Positions 12,090-23,580 of a DNA stretch of 64,000 bases are shown in pieces (positions within the stretch are counted from its first letter, which is position 1; the number at the start of each line of letters is the position of its first letter). Position numbers and translations under genes: made by a program. The DNA comes from Setoptus koraiensis (taxonomy: Eukaryota > Animalia > Arthropoda), in contig CM106585.1 in the NCBI GenBank assembly GCA_048013815.1, positions 19,344,001 to 19,408,000 of the forward strand, given 5' to 3'. The notes beneath the pieces were generated by a model that saw only the letters and a list, made by a program, of their open reading frames with translations, did no database searches and was not told the DNA's origin.

Positions 12090-14155
12090 CTATATCTGTT
12101 GGCATCGGCCTGAGTTGTCTTGTCTGTTTTTCACAGATCCTCGGTAGCCCTCGAGCCATTTAACAATGTTGACATTGATCACGGTGGATGCATTCGATGC
12201 TTCGGTGTAATCGAAGTGAGTCCAATTGGGCAGAACGTAGTCTTGGCGCAAATTGGCTTGTTACAGATGGATGGAGAGAGGCAAAAGAAGACGTAAATTA
12301 GTGTTTGCTTGTCGAAATACCGACTGCCACTTGTATAACACGATAAACTTTATCGGATAAAGACTTCTGTTTCACTTACTCTTGAGCGATTTCCTCAAGC
12401 GCGCAACATCGTCGGGATGTGCAAACAAATCAAGCAAACCCGACACCATGATTATGTCAGAACTGTTGACTCGACTTAAATCATAAACGGGGGCCCTACG
12501 ACGCCCGTATCTCCTCAGATTGGCCTCTTCTGTTCCGAAATCAAATGCGGCGAACAGGCCCGTTTGAGCCATTTGTATATAATGCAAAATGTTCAGGAAG
12601 CTTGTTCCGGCTGGATTTTGTATTACCCACTCGGGTATAGATGCAGCGGCGCTATTTGGTGCGGGCGAATGCGACGGCCAGGCCGTAACGGGAGGGCCCA
12701 CAGAGGCCCGGGAATTGTAGTTGTTGCTGTCGATTGTCATTGTTGATTGATTGTTGGCGGTTGGTGTGTTGTCGACATTGAGCAGTCGCAAGAAGGCAAC
12801 ACACAACGGAGCGACAATTCTAAACGTGCAAATACGATTCAATTGATTGGCAATACGCGGCCTGTGACGCAACACGGAACCAATATAAGTTGTGGCCAAT
12901 GTGCGCGTATCCACAAGTCTAACTAATGAGGCAAATTTTCCATTGTACACACTTCTCAGGTAAGTGACGGGAGCGAGAGCAATGAACGGTTTTATAAGTT
13001 TGCCCACTCGTGCATTTTGGCTCATCAGCGCAAACATTATGAGGGCTCCCTGACTGTGGCCCACATAGGCCAATTGTTGGTGCTCGTTGTTGGCAAGAAT
13101 ATACTCTATCATGGCGGGCAAGTCGTAGGTGGCCATCTCGTGAAAACTGAACGACCAATACAATTGGTCTTTCAGTGGATCCAAAAAGGTGTGATTAGTG
13201 GAGAAACTGTTGCCCCGCGAATTGGCCAACCACACATCGTAACCCTGATCGACAAGAGTGAACGCCAGACTGTTGTGCAACGAGGCCGGCCTTATCCTGG
13301 CCTGGTCCTCGCTGAACAGATCCCGCACCAGCGATTCTGCGTCGAAGTTTTCGTGATCATTGTCGTCGGAATTGGTCACCCACGACAACGACGATGCCAA
13401 CAGACCGTGTTGCAACAGAATCGGGCGCAACGTTTGTTTGACTGAAGCGCGCAATTTTGGCGACACTAAACGATGCAAACACAATATGTAACCGTCCGAT
13501 GTTGTTACATAATGCTTGTCCACCTTGTATCCTTTGGACTCGACAAACGAAATCTATTGGCAGCGTCATAAGCGCAGTCATATGGCCGTAAAAGGTGATC
13601 ATGAGTTCATGAGTTGAATGCAGGTTATATGACAATGAACTGCTGTTGATTTATAATGTTAAGTCAGACTAATTAGCGGTGCTATCTACTCACGGGATCG
13701 GCTAATGATGTTGCTGGCCGTTGATTGGGCATGATCTGGCTCACATTGAGATTTGTTGGCATCGCTTTACCTGTTGATGCACTTGTTAGATTAGCGTATA
13801 AATTATTTGTTGGCGATTTTAGGATCACCGTTTGTGCACCGTTAAGCTTCGTTTGTCCGGCCGTCGTTTTGCCCAAATTTCCGTTGTTTAATGTATTCGC
13901 CGACAGGCGATTCCATGTATAAACAGGTGACCTGACCGTTTGTCGGTGTCGTGTGCTGAGCGCTTTCGCTAATCGCTCGCCAATGGTCACGTTTTCTAAG
14001 ATGTCAACATTTTTTTTTGTTACATTTCTGTCGCTGCTGCTGCTGCCGCCGCTGCTGAAAGTGCCCAGAACTGGCTGATGGCTGAATAAATATGTCGATG
14101 ATGAAATATACAGAAGCCATGTATATATTCGAACAAAGTAACAAATCGGCATCAT
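12090..14155 (-). CDS. Acid (lysosomal/gastric-type) lipase, alpha/beta hydrolase; exons 14155-13694, 13553-12380, 12256-12090
   Basis: Motifs HYVTTSDGYILCLHR, LQHGLLASS, DVWLANSRGN, YVGHSQG (Ser), GLLDLF (Asp) and WTHFDY (His). GT-AG junctions join in frame (LADP|ISFVESKGY; SLK|TNLRQDY); the last acceptor is an AAG. Confidence 0.88.
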
Positions 14156-15425
14156 GTACTAATGGCTAGCGGCTCGAAACGAAACGAAGCGGACTCATCC
14201 AATTCAACAATTGTGCTCAACGATCGACGAAGACTAAAAAATTAATAAAAACCGCCGAGTGCGACAAAGGCGACCCCATCGACAGGCTCGGCTAGCTGCT
14301 TGCGCAAATTCCTCAAGTCACTCCAATGATTTCAAACGAGTCCTAATGCAAGATTTCTGACATGCATCAATAGTTCAAATGTACATATTCACATCCAGCG
14401 GCCACAGTTCAATGGCACAATTTCCAGGCCCAAATTATTAATTTTCCATCATATCCATCGCTTTTTCCATCCATGATATACAATTGATATTGAACTATAT
14501 TTTCGCGTATTACAGCCCACAAATAATACAGTGGCGAAAGTGATTGCAATATTTTCGCATTTATCAACGAACTTGAACCGACAGATTAGAACGAACTCTC
14601 TACTCATCTATCTGTAGTCCAAATGAAAAAACCTAGTGTTAATTATAACTTTTCATCGACGGCCAACTGCGCTGCGATTGCAGCGCCATGTACGACAGCT
14701 TTAATGAGGATAGCAGACTCCCCTTCTAGATTTATTCAATTTTGTACATTGAACATTTGAATCTAATTTCATTGTGCGGTTGATCCATCTATTTCTGGTC
14801 GAAAAATGCCGTATGCCGCACTCAACTGTTTCTATCGTGATCGCAAACTTGAATGTTGTACTCGAACTAATTAACAATCGTAACTAATCGAGTGTGCGAG
14901 GCGGATGACTGAGTCGAAAACAATCCCAACAGATAAATTAAGCGTTTGTTCAATTTTCAGCAAGATTTCTATTTAGATTTGTGCTGATGTATATACCATT
15001 GACTGAAAAACACCGTCCTGCAATCAATGCAAAAAGCACAGTGTGAATAAATTACACTAAACAACACCAACGCTGTGATCTGTTAAATATTAGCAATGTA
15101 TTGATTGAAATTTTAGACAGCACTTCTGCAATTCGACAGTTATTTACAGTGACATGCAATAGTGGACTATTTCGCCAAGTTGAAGAACCTAGATAGTTGT
15201 GGCAGCTGAACAAATTTCAAAATAGATTTTGGGTCAATCATCATCATGTGGCTATCGGCGATTCGTAATGAGAAATGTAAAGCTAAAATGTTCGGCCATG
15301 GCCTCAGAGTTAGTGCGCCAACTACCGACACACTGAATTGTTGCACAATATCCGGTGTGAAAGAAACGAGAGGCCATTGTGGTAAAAAGTTTGGAAAAAG
15401 TTATCCAAAATTATCTGTATCATGC

Positions 15426-17755
15426 ATGGTATCAAGTGATTTGCTCTTCTTTATAGCGAATTTCATATACCTGATAACGATAGCTAGCATATGCATTGTG
15501 CAGTGTGATGGCTATGTGCTGGGGCCCGGTAGACCAAACAAAAAGACAAAGATTGGTCATACATCGGCGCCGGGGCCCAATTACGAACAACAGCCATTGC
15601 AAGTCCCTCAAGCTCTTGGACTTCTCACAGAAAATCAGCAACATGAATTGTTTGAAAATTCATATATAATAGACAACAAAAGGTTTTCAGAGATCATGGC
15701 ATCTAGATGCTTTACCAGTACCATAATGAGTAAGCCAGACATGATTGAGCCCTCATTTACAATTGTCAAACCCAACGGTGAGGCACGAATAAATGCAACC
15801 GGAAGCGAGCAAGCTATTCTAGAGGCAGGCTATGAAGTTGGCAAGAAAACGGTTATATTTGTGCATGGTTTTACGCAAAGCTTTCCCGAAACCGATTGGC
15901 TAAAGAAGATGCTCTATTTATTTGAGAGGCTCGGTAAGCTTCAAACTTATAATGTAATATTTATGGACTGGGGAAAAGGGGCCAAAAATCCGTTCTTCAG
16001 GTGAGCTTTATCTCGCGCGGCTAGCATAGCGGACAAAAGGGTTCGGACTAAATTGCCTTCGTCGTTCAAATAAAAGCTACTAGGGGTCCTCCCCGAGCTC
16101 AAGCAGCCTGAACTGCGGCTTAGAGTGACGTTTGTTGTGCCTAAGAGCCTCGATCTCTCACGAAAAAGACCGCTTCCTTAATATTGTTCGCTATTAAAAA
16201 TGAAACTGAAAAAAGCTGAGAAAACTAATTGGAAATATCATTCTCGTAACGATTCACAAACAACCGATATGTTTATCTCAACTACAGTGCTGCTGCAAAT
16301 GCTCATGGAATGGGCACGTTTCTAGCAATATTTTTGCAACGACTAATCAATTTAGGAACTGACCGCATGAAGATTCACATAGTTGCACATTCGCTAGGTG
16401 AGAACAGAGCACTCTAATTTATTTATTGTACAACATTCGAGTTCCGCATAATACTTAGAAACTAATCAGAACTAATCACACAAATCGGAACACTTCATCT
16501 GCGATATTCATAGGTGCCCATGTGGCCGGGTTCGCTGGCAAGCGTATCAAACCGCCCATTGGGCGCATAACCGCTCTCGATCCGGCCGGGCCTTGTTTTG
16601 GAAAGTTCTTCACGAATCCGTATAATCTTCGGCTGAACCCAAATGATGCATATTTGGTTGACGTGTTCCACTACGACGATAGCTTCCTCGGTCTAGCCGG
16701 CCAGCATGGTCAGTTCGATGTTTATGTCAACGGGGGTTCCTCGCAACCAGGTAAAAGTTGTTTTGATAATCTTTTTTCTCGAATTTGATTAGCATCGTCA
16801 TCAAAAGTACATAATGTGATATATATCCGCCGCCAATTGCTTGTCAGGTTGCACCGATAATGTTCAATCTATGATGTCCGCCTTTGTCACCGTTATGTTC
16901 GGTGAGTAAACAGTCTATAAATATCTCTGATTGCAAATCCGAAACGTGATGATGTAATAATCATTAGTTTATCCAACATTCTAGGTCGGGACAGAGTTCT
17001 TTCTGAGAGCCACACTCGGTCTACGGAAGTTCCAGTTCTTCCATTGAAGTCGGGCTATTGCCAGCATGTTGCCTACGAATGCTCTGACTATGATACTTTC
17101 TTGGGTAAGACTGGTAGATGTTGAGGGTTCATTTCAATCAGCAATCTAGTATATTCAATTACAAACGAACGTTAAACTGGAATTCTCTAATATTGACTCC
17201 CTCCTTTCCACGGTAGCTGGAGAATGTGGCCAATGTGACGATTTGAACAATCAATGCTACTTGATGGACTTTGAATTCCAATTTGATCATATGGACGATT
17301 TTCCGTTGAGAACATCGAGACCGGGCAAAAAGTTGTTCATTAAAACTAGTGACAAAGAGGACTTTTGCATGCAGCACTATCAGATAAAAATCACTTTATT
17401 TCCGAATACATTGTCCAACTGGTTCAAGAATAAAGTTTCCTTGCAACTGGCAAGCTTCAATGGTACAAGAGTGACGGCCGACGTAGATCATCAAATGTCT
17501 GATAATGAGCTAACTAGTCTGTTGACGTTCACTGGTCCGCCACAGAGATTCACCCGAGCCAAATTAGTGTTCCCAAAAGGAACGAAATTGACTAGAAATA
17601 TCAAACTGATTGAGATAAACTTCATGAGCAATATCAATTCTCACATAAGAAAAGTATTGAGTTCCAACTTGTGTCCAGTGTCACAATTTACGTTGATTGA
17701 GAAAAATGTGGATCCGGACGAATATAATGACGGCCACTTTGTGGAGTGTTTATAA
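15426..17755 (+). CDS. Pancreatic-lipase-family (lipase/vitellogenin-like) secreted lipase; exons 15426-16000, 16288-16397, 16514-16750, 16848-16901, 16985-17104, 17217-17755
   Basis: Motifs FVHGF, NVIFMDW, HIVAHSLGAHVAG (Ser), RITALDPAGP (Asp), DVYVNGGSSQPGC, ESHTRS (His) and CQHVAYEC. All five GT-AG introns are phase-compatible. Signal-like N-terminus from ATG 15426. Confidence 0.88.
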
Positions 17756-17845
17756 TGGTCGAAATGAGAACAGCGACACAATGGACCATTTACATCACAA
17801 ACATTCTGGCTCACAATAAATTTGAGGCACTTCCGTTTCCATTAG

Positions 17846-18021
17846 GCAAGCCTTGCATGCATGAGACAAATGAGACCGACTGTTGCGCCCGCTTGTCGTT
17901 GAAAGCTCAATCCAATCCAGATACAAGAGGTTTTTTGACCATATGCGAATGCCCCTGCCGTATGATTGGAGATATACTATTGCCACTATCGCCCAACGAA
18001 AGATGGAATGCAGGAAAGTAA
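17846..18021 (+). pseudogene. 5'-truncated paralog of the small Cys-rich peptide gene at 25863
   Basis: CMHETNETDCCARLSLKAQ...CECPCRMIG aligns to CMHETNEADCDSCCTRLSMIAE...CDCPYRIIG. The 3' flank is also homologous (aaagtaaaac...cacattg...aattgaaatc.gcatgattgg). No signal peptide. Confidence 0.7.
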
Positions 18022-18847
18022 AACATAAGCACATTGAGGGTCAAACAAATTGAAATCAGCATGATTGGTTTAGAAAATATAGGTCCTAGTCAACGAAAAG
18101 TGATTAATGTTGTCGAAACCAACAGCGAGATCACAAAAATAAAAACCACCCAACTGAAAGGCCTCGCATCTATCAGAATTCAGACTTTTGATATTCAAAT
18201 CAATGACAGACGTTTATTTAATCAATGTTTCAATGTTCGTCTAAGATCACGATAGGTTTTGAACAGCTTCAGTCAATCAGCGAAGGATTCCGATGGAATG
18301 CAGTCGCTCGAAACCTCAATCGATATCATCATGCTTTCTTTTCCGATGGGGGTGATATGGGCCAGATTTTCATGATCTGTTCGGAATTCTCTGGCAATTT
18401 TATTGCATACCCGGATGATTTGGTAGCATTAGTCATGTCGACGTAACGGCACATGAAAGTGGTCAAGTACATCACCCTAACTCTCTTATCGACCCATGGT
18501 TTCGGAAACTGGTACAAGAGCCACTCAATGTCGCCGAAAAAGTCACGGTAACTCAGCAAGCTGATCCAAGTCTCGGCGCTTGTGTCTATGTACTTTTTGC
18601 ACAGGTCATCCCTCAAATTGTTGTAATTAGTTTGAACTTCTTCTTGCGAGATAGATGAAGGATTCTTGAGCTTTTTATTGGCATATTTTTCCAAATTTGA
18701 CAATAGCCGCTCCTGAGCTTTAGAATCGTTTTGCTTCAGTTGATAGGCAAGTGATTGCATTTCATCCAAGTCTACAGGAGTGGACGATGGTAGGCCCATG
18801 ATTGTTTGTAGATTTCTTAACAATGTCTTGGGCCAATCGCTCTGGAG

Positions 18848-19280
18848 TAGAGATGCGCAATGGAGCTCCAAATGGGCATCCGAATCCGCTTTTGCCCTGC
18901 CGCCACACCCCGATCCGATCCGCATCCGATCCGGGACAGAAAAAAAGGCGGGTGGATCATCCACGGATCATCCACGGATTATCCACGGATTCTGTCCAAA
19001 GCTAAAATATCCACGGATCTAGCGAATATCCACGGATCCATCAGATATCCACGGATCCAGCTGATATCCATGGATATTTTCCTCTGAAGCACGGGACCGG
19101 CCTATCCCGACGATAAGACATGCGAATGTACTACAAGATATTTAACACGTAGCTGTCCTATCCCGACGATAAGACACTGGATATGCTACAAGATGTTTAA
19201 CACGTAGCTGTCCTATCCCGACGATAAGACACAGATGTTCTACATGCCCTCTCAGCACCTAAATCTTCTATCCCAACGAG
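18848..19280. mobile_element. Non-autonomous mobile-element-like insertion (MITE-like, starts TAGAGATG), flanked by a GAG direct repeat
   Basis: Absent from the paralogous copies. GAG occurs at 18845-18847 and 19278-19280. It contains seven ATCCA(C/T)GGAT decamers, ATCCG repeats and a 55-56-bp tandem repeat. No convincing TIR pair. Confidence 0.65.
19101..19243. repeat. 55-56-bp minisatellite, about 2.5 copies, with core cctatcccgacgataagaca x3
   Basis: Cores at 19101, 19157 and 19212; the intervening sequences resemble each other. Confidence 0.9.
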
Positions 19281-20234
19281 CATCTGTATGCGGGCCAGGG
19301 ACGGATAATAATTTTTAGGGTCAAGAAGAAAATGTAAGTCAGTTTTCCTATAAATTGGTTTGTCAGAGAACCGATCTGCCTCGTATTTGAAGCAATCAAT
19401 TCCTTGCCGTTTAGCAACATCTGACATAAGATTAACATAAGTGTCATCTTCTAGGCTAGCCAAATGATGTCGGCCTTGGGCAAAACTTGTCGCCACGCGA
19501 ATTTGTGACATGCAAGTCATCGTGTTCCCGGTAGACAATGATAAACCGAATTGCAGTGTGTCTGTTAAAAACTTCGAACCCGTAGCGTCCAACGTTTCGA
19601 TTTTGGTGCCTGTGTAGATTTTCTTCAAATTTTCATCAGCCATCAAAGATTCCAACGTTTTCTTCCCCAGAGAGTTTGTCTGATCAGTCCATTTGTACTC
19701 GTGATCGTCGTACAAATAACCCAGACAACTGTCCAAAAAGATTATATCAAGTAATTCGTCCAATTTATATCGAGATCCGATAAACTTATACAGATATGTG
19801 TCGCACTGAGCGAATGTTGGTGAGTAGTAACGCCAATCATCGTAATACAATTCTCTCCGGTCCTCTTTTTTTGCTATTTCATCCATCTTAAATGCTCGGA
19901 AGTATCCCTTGAACAACTCGTTTTTTTCACCGACAAGTCTTGCTACATGACCCATTGAAGGCCTTGACGGAATTTCACTGGCACTGACTGCGTTGCAAAG
20001 AACTAGTAGCGCTTGCGCTGCTAATAATGAGCCTACCATCATGTGCATATTGAGAAAGTATTTCGAACTATAGCTTCAGTGGCTATACCTGTTCAAGGGG
20101 ATTCTTCGAAACAAATCTCTATAAAATTATGACTATATTTCACGATTTCTCCAATTATTTATCCGACGCGTTCGATCGATGGTGCCGTATTCTATGTTCG
20201 CAAAACCCAAGTTCGAATTCTCAAACCTTCAGTT

Positions 20235-20388
20235 GGCAAAGGTTATCTTGTTTTCGCTTTCATCGGATAATGGAATGTTTCTATTTTGGGGTTGCATTTT
20301 TTCGCATTTTCAGATAGGTATGTGGACATTTGTTTCGTTTATAGAGCTGATCTCACAAATAAAAACTATATCAGCATGAGTTAGCATT
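20235..20388. promoter_or_regulatory. Conserved non-coding block upstream of copy A
   Basis: Near-identical to the blocks at 22181, 23500 and 25521 (aaaggtt.tct.gttttcg...tcatcggat.atgg.atgtttctattt..ggg.t.cattt.ttcgcatt.tcaga). Function is inferred. Confidence 0.5.
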
Positions 20389-20713
20389 CCGAGTTGTTGC
20401 AAAACCAGTTTCCGTTCCAACCAACAGCACGAAATTTAAAAACTGCGGCCCATGATTGAGCTGGAGAATATAGATGTTTGCCAACGAAAGTGACTACTGT
20501 TGTCGAAATCAGCAGAGAGATTACAAAAATAAAAAGCGCCTGGTTGGAAGACCTCTCGCTTATCATGACACATTTTTGCTATTTATCTGTTATTTATTTA
20601 ATCTGTTTCAATGTTGATTTGTCTGATACAATTGTCACGCTAGGTTTTGAGTAGCTTAAGTTAATCGACCAAGAGTTCAAATGGAATACAGTCGCTCGCT
20701 TCATCAATCGCTA

Positions 20714-22012
20714 TCATGCGGCTTTCTTTTCCGATGGTGGTGACATGGGCCAGATTTTCATGATCTGTTCGGAATTCTCTGGCAATTTTATTGCGTACCC
20801 TGAGGATGATTTGGTAGCATAAGTCATGTCGACGTAACGACACATGAAAAAGGTCAAGTACATCACCCTAACTCTCTCGGTGGCCCATGGTACTGGAAAA
20901 TTGTACAAGAGCTCTTCAATGTCACCGAAAAAGTCAGGGTAATTCGCCATCTTAATCCAAGTCTGAAGGCTCCTGCCTAAGAACTTCTCGCACAGGCCAT
21001 TCGTCAAGTCTTTGTAGTTAGTTTGTGCTTCTTCTTGCGAGATAGATGATCGATTCTTGAGATTTTTATTGGCATATTTTCCCAGATCAGACAACAGCCG
21101 CTGTTGAGCTTTGGGATCGTTTTGTTTCAGTTGATAGGCAAGCGATTGCATTTCAACAAAATCTATAGCACTGGACGATGATACGCCCATGATTGTTTGT
21201 AGAGTTTTCAACAATCTCTTGGGCCAATCGCTCTCGACCAACTGTTTGCGAGCCTTCGTCGGGAAGAAATTTTTCGGGTTAGGGAGAATACGAGTGTCAT
21301 ATTTCCTAAAATTCAGTCTTTCACTCAAGTCCTCTGCCACGTATTTGAAGTAATCAATTCCTTGCCGTTTAGCAACGTCCGACATGAGATTAACATAAGT
21401 GTCCTCTTCTGGACTACCCAACAGATGTCGGCCTTGGGCATAAGTGGTCACCACTCGGATCCATCCGATCCAGCTCATGCTGTTTCCCCAGAGCAATGAT
21501 AAAGCAAATCGCAACAAGTCCTTGAAAAATTTCGTCCCTTTAGCATCCAACGTTTCTAGTTTGGTGCCTGTGTAGATTTTCTTCAAATTTTCATTAGCCA
21601 TCAACGATTCCAACGTTTCCTTCGCTCGAGAGTTTGTCAGGTCAGTCCACTTGTACTCGTGATCGTCGTATAAATAGCCCAGACAACTGTCCAAGAAGAT
21701 TAGTTCTAGGAAGTCGTTCAATTTATATTCCCTTTTGATAAAATCTTGCAGATATGGAACGCATTGAGCGTTTGTTGGTGAGTAGTTACGCCAATCATCG
21801 TTATCTAAATCATACTCGTGCTCTACTCTTGCTATTTCATCCATCTTGAATGCCCTGAAATATGGCTTGAAAAACTCGCCCTTTCCACCGTCAAGTCTTG
21901 CTATGTGGCCCATTGGAGGCCTTGACGGGTTTGGAATTTCATCGGTACTAGCTGTACTGCAACAAACTAGCAGTGCTAGCGCTGCTAGTAATAAGCTTAC
22001 CTCCTTTTGCAT
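20714..22012 (-). CDS. Orphan secreted protein copy B, 432 aa, intact
   Basis: Intronless ORF with signal peptide MQKEVSLLLAALALLVCCSTAST. High similarity to copies A, C and D. No recognisable domain. Confidence 0.85.
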   Translation of the reverse strand: MQKEVSLLLAALALLVCCSTASTDEIPNPSRPPMGHIARLDGGKGEFFKPYFRAFKMDEIARVEHEYDLDNDDWRNYSPTNAQCVPYLQDFIKREYKLNDFLELIFLDSCLGYLYDDHEYKWTDLTNSRAKETLESLMANENLKKIYTGTKLETLDAKGTKFFKDLLRFALSLLWGNSMSWIGWIRVVTTYAQGRHLLGSPEEDTYVNLMSDVAKRQGIDYFKYVAEDLSERLNFRKYDTRILPNPKNFFPTKARKQLVESDWPKRLLKTLQTIMGVSSSSAIDFVEMQSLAYQLKQNDPKAQQRLLSDLGKYANKNLKNRSSISQEEAQTNYKDLTNGLCEKFLGRSLQTWIKMANYPDFFGDIEELLYNFPVPWATERVRVMYLTFFMCRYVDMTYATKSSSGYAIKLPENSEQIMKIWPMSPPSEKKAA

Positions 22013-22180
22013 CTTTTGGTAATATTATGATTTATAGCTTCTTTGGCTATATTCGATTAGTTATTTTCGATGCGAATTTTATAATATTCTGATTATATTT
22101 TACTATTCCTCTGACTATTTCTGTGGCACATCCGTTTAATAAAACTGTATTCTTGGTACTAAAAACTCGAATCTAGCGAT

Positions 22181-22334
22181 GGAAAAGGTTGTCTTGTTTT
22201 CGCTGTCATCGGATAATGGAATGTTTCTATTTTGGGGTTTCATTTATTCGCATTTTCAGATGGGTATGTGGACATTTGTTTCGTTTATAGAGCTGATCTC
22301 ACAAATAGAAACTATATCAGCATGAGTTAGCATT
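22181..22334. promoter_or_regulatory. Conserved non-coding block upstream of copy B
   Basis: Same block as at 20235. Confidence 0.5.
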
Positions 22335-22574
22335 CAATTCGAGTTGTTGCAAAACCAGTTTCCGTTCCAACCAACAGCACGAAATTTAAAAACTGCGGCC
22401 CATAATTGAGCTGCAGAATATAGATCCTTGTCAACGAAATTGACTACAGTTGTCGGAATCAAGAGGGAGATTACAAAAATAAAAAGCGCCTGATCGGAAG
22501 ACTCGCTTATCATGACTCATTTTTGCTATTTATCTGTTATTTATTTAATCTGTTTCAATGTTGATTCGTCTGAT

Positions 22575-23330
22575 TTATTGCTTTTCAATAGACTGAGGGT
22601 TCTGATCGCCAGCAGAGGAGTCCTCTGGTGGCATTTTGTTATTGGGTTTGTTTGTTATTGGTGTTATTTGGGAGCAATTAATTTCGTGACGTTTAGCAGC
22701 GTCTGACATGAGATTGACATAAGTGTCCTCCTCTGGACTACCCAACAGATGTCGGCCTTTGGTATAACTGTTCACCAGTCGGATCCATCCGGTGCAGCCC
22801 ATGCCGTCTCCCCAGAGCATTGATAAGCCAAATTGCAACAAGTCCGTGAAAAATTTCGCTCCCTCAGCGTCCAACGTTCCTATCTTGGTGCCTGTGTAGA
22901 TTTTCTTCAAATTTTCATTGGCAATCAACGATTCCAACGTTTTCTTCCCTCGAGAGCTTGTCTGATCAGTCCATTTGTACTTGTGATCGTCGTACAAATA
23001 ACCCAGACAACTGTCCAAGAAGATTAGTTCTAGAAAGTCGTTCAATTTATATTCCTTTCTGATAAAATATTGCAGATATGTGACGCACTGAGCGTTTGTT
23101 GGTGAGTAGTTACGCCAATCGTCGTTATACAATTCCCACTGGCCTTCTTTTTTTGCTAACTCATCCATCTTGAATTTTCGAAAATATTGCTTGTACAACT
23201 CGCTTTTTTCACTGTCAAGTCTAGCTATGTGGCCCATCGAAGGCCTTAACGGAATTCCATAAGTACTAACTGTATCGCAATAAACTAGGAGTGCTAGCGC
23301 TCCTAGTAATAATCTCATCTCCTTTTGCAT
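22575..23330 (-). CDS. Orphan secreted protein copy C, C-terminally truncated (251 aa; possible pseudogene)
   Basis: Homologous up to NLMSDAAKRHEIN. It then has a short (ttg/gtt)-rich insertion, a remnant PEDSS, and deletion of the C-terminal half running directly into the unit's 3' flank. Confidence 0.7.
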   Translation of the reverse strand: MQKEMRLLLGALALLVYCDTVSTYGIPLRPSMGHIARLDSEKSELYKQYFRKFKMDELAKKEGQWELYNDDWRNYSPTNAQCVTYLQYFIRKEYKLNDFLELIFLDSCLGYLYDDHKYKWTDQTSSRGKKTLESLIANENLKKIYTGTKIGTLDAEGAKFFTDLLQFGLSMLWGDGMGCTGWIRLVNSYTKGRHLLGSPEEDTYVNLMSDAAKRHEINCSQITPITNKPNNKMPPEDSSAGDQNPQSIEKQ

Positions 23331-23499
23331 ATTGTGGTAATATTACGTTTTATAGCTTCTTTGGCTATAACCGATGGGGGATTTCCGATGCAAATTTTAT
23401 AATACTCCGACCATATTTTACTATTTCTCTGACTATTTCTGTGGTACATCGGTTCAATGAGACAGTACTCTATGATCTGAAAACTCGAGTCTGCCGATA

Positions 23500-23580
23500 G
23501 AAAAGGTTGTCTTGTTTTCGTAGTCATCGGATGATGGAATGTTTCTATTTTTGGGTTTCATTTTTTCGCATTCTCAGATA
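23500..23580. promoter_or_regulatory. Conserved non-coding block upstream of copy C (partial)
   Basis: First ~80 bp of the block; homology breaks at 23581. Confidence 0.45.

Larger units (their letters stand above)
18329..20048 (-). pseudogene. Orphan secreted protein copy A, split by a 433-bp insertion (could be functional if the insert is spliced)
   Basis: The N-terminal half (19281-20048) and C-terminal half (18329-18847) each align to intact copy B. They join seamlessly as IQMLQSDWPK versus copy B KQLVESDWPK. Confidence 0.75.

Noticed and set aside
17753-17757. TAATG stop-start overlap between the lipase and the Cys-rich peptide remnant (termination-reinitiation)
   Set aside because: The downstream frame lacks a signal peptide, an AATAAA at about 17815 suggests the lipase mRNA ends first, and the overlap is likely chance.
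19101-19231. Three 20-bp identical repeats with ~36-bp spacers resembling a CRISPR array
   Set aside because: The spacers resemble each other (tandem minisatellite), the context is eukaryotic, and there are no cas genes.
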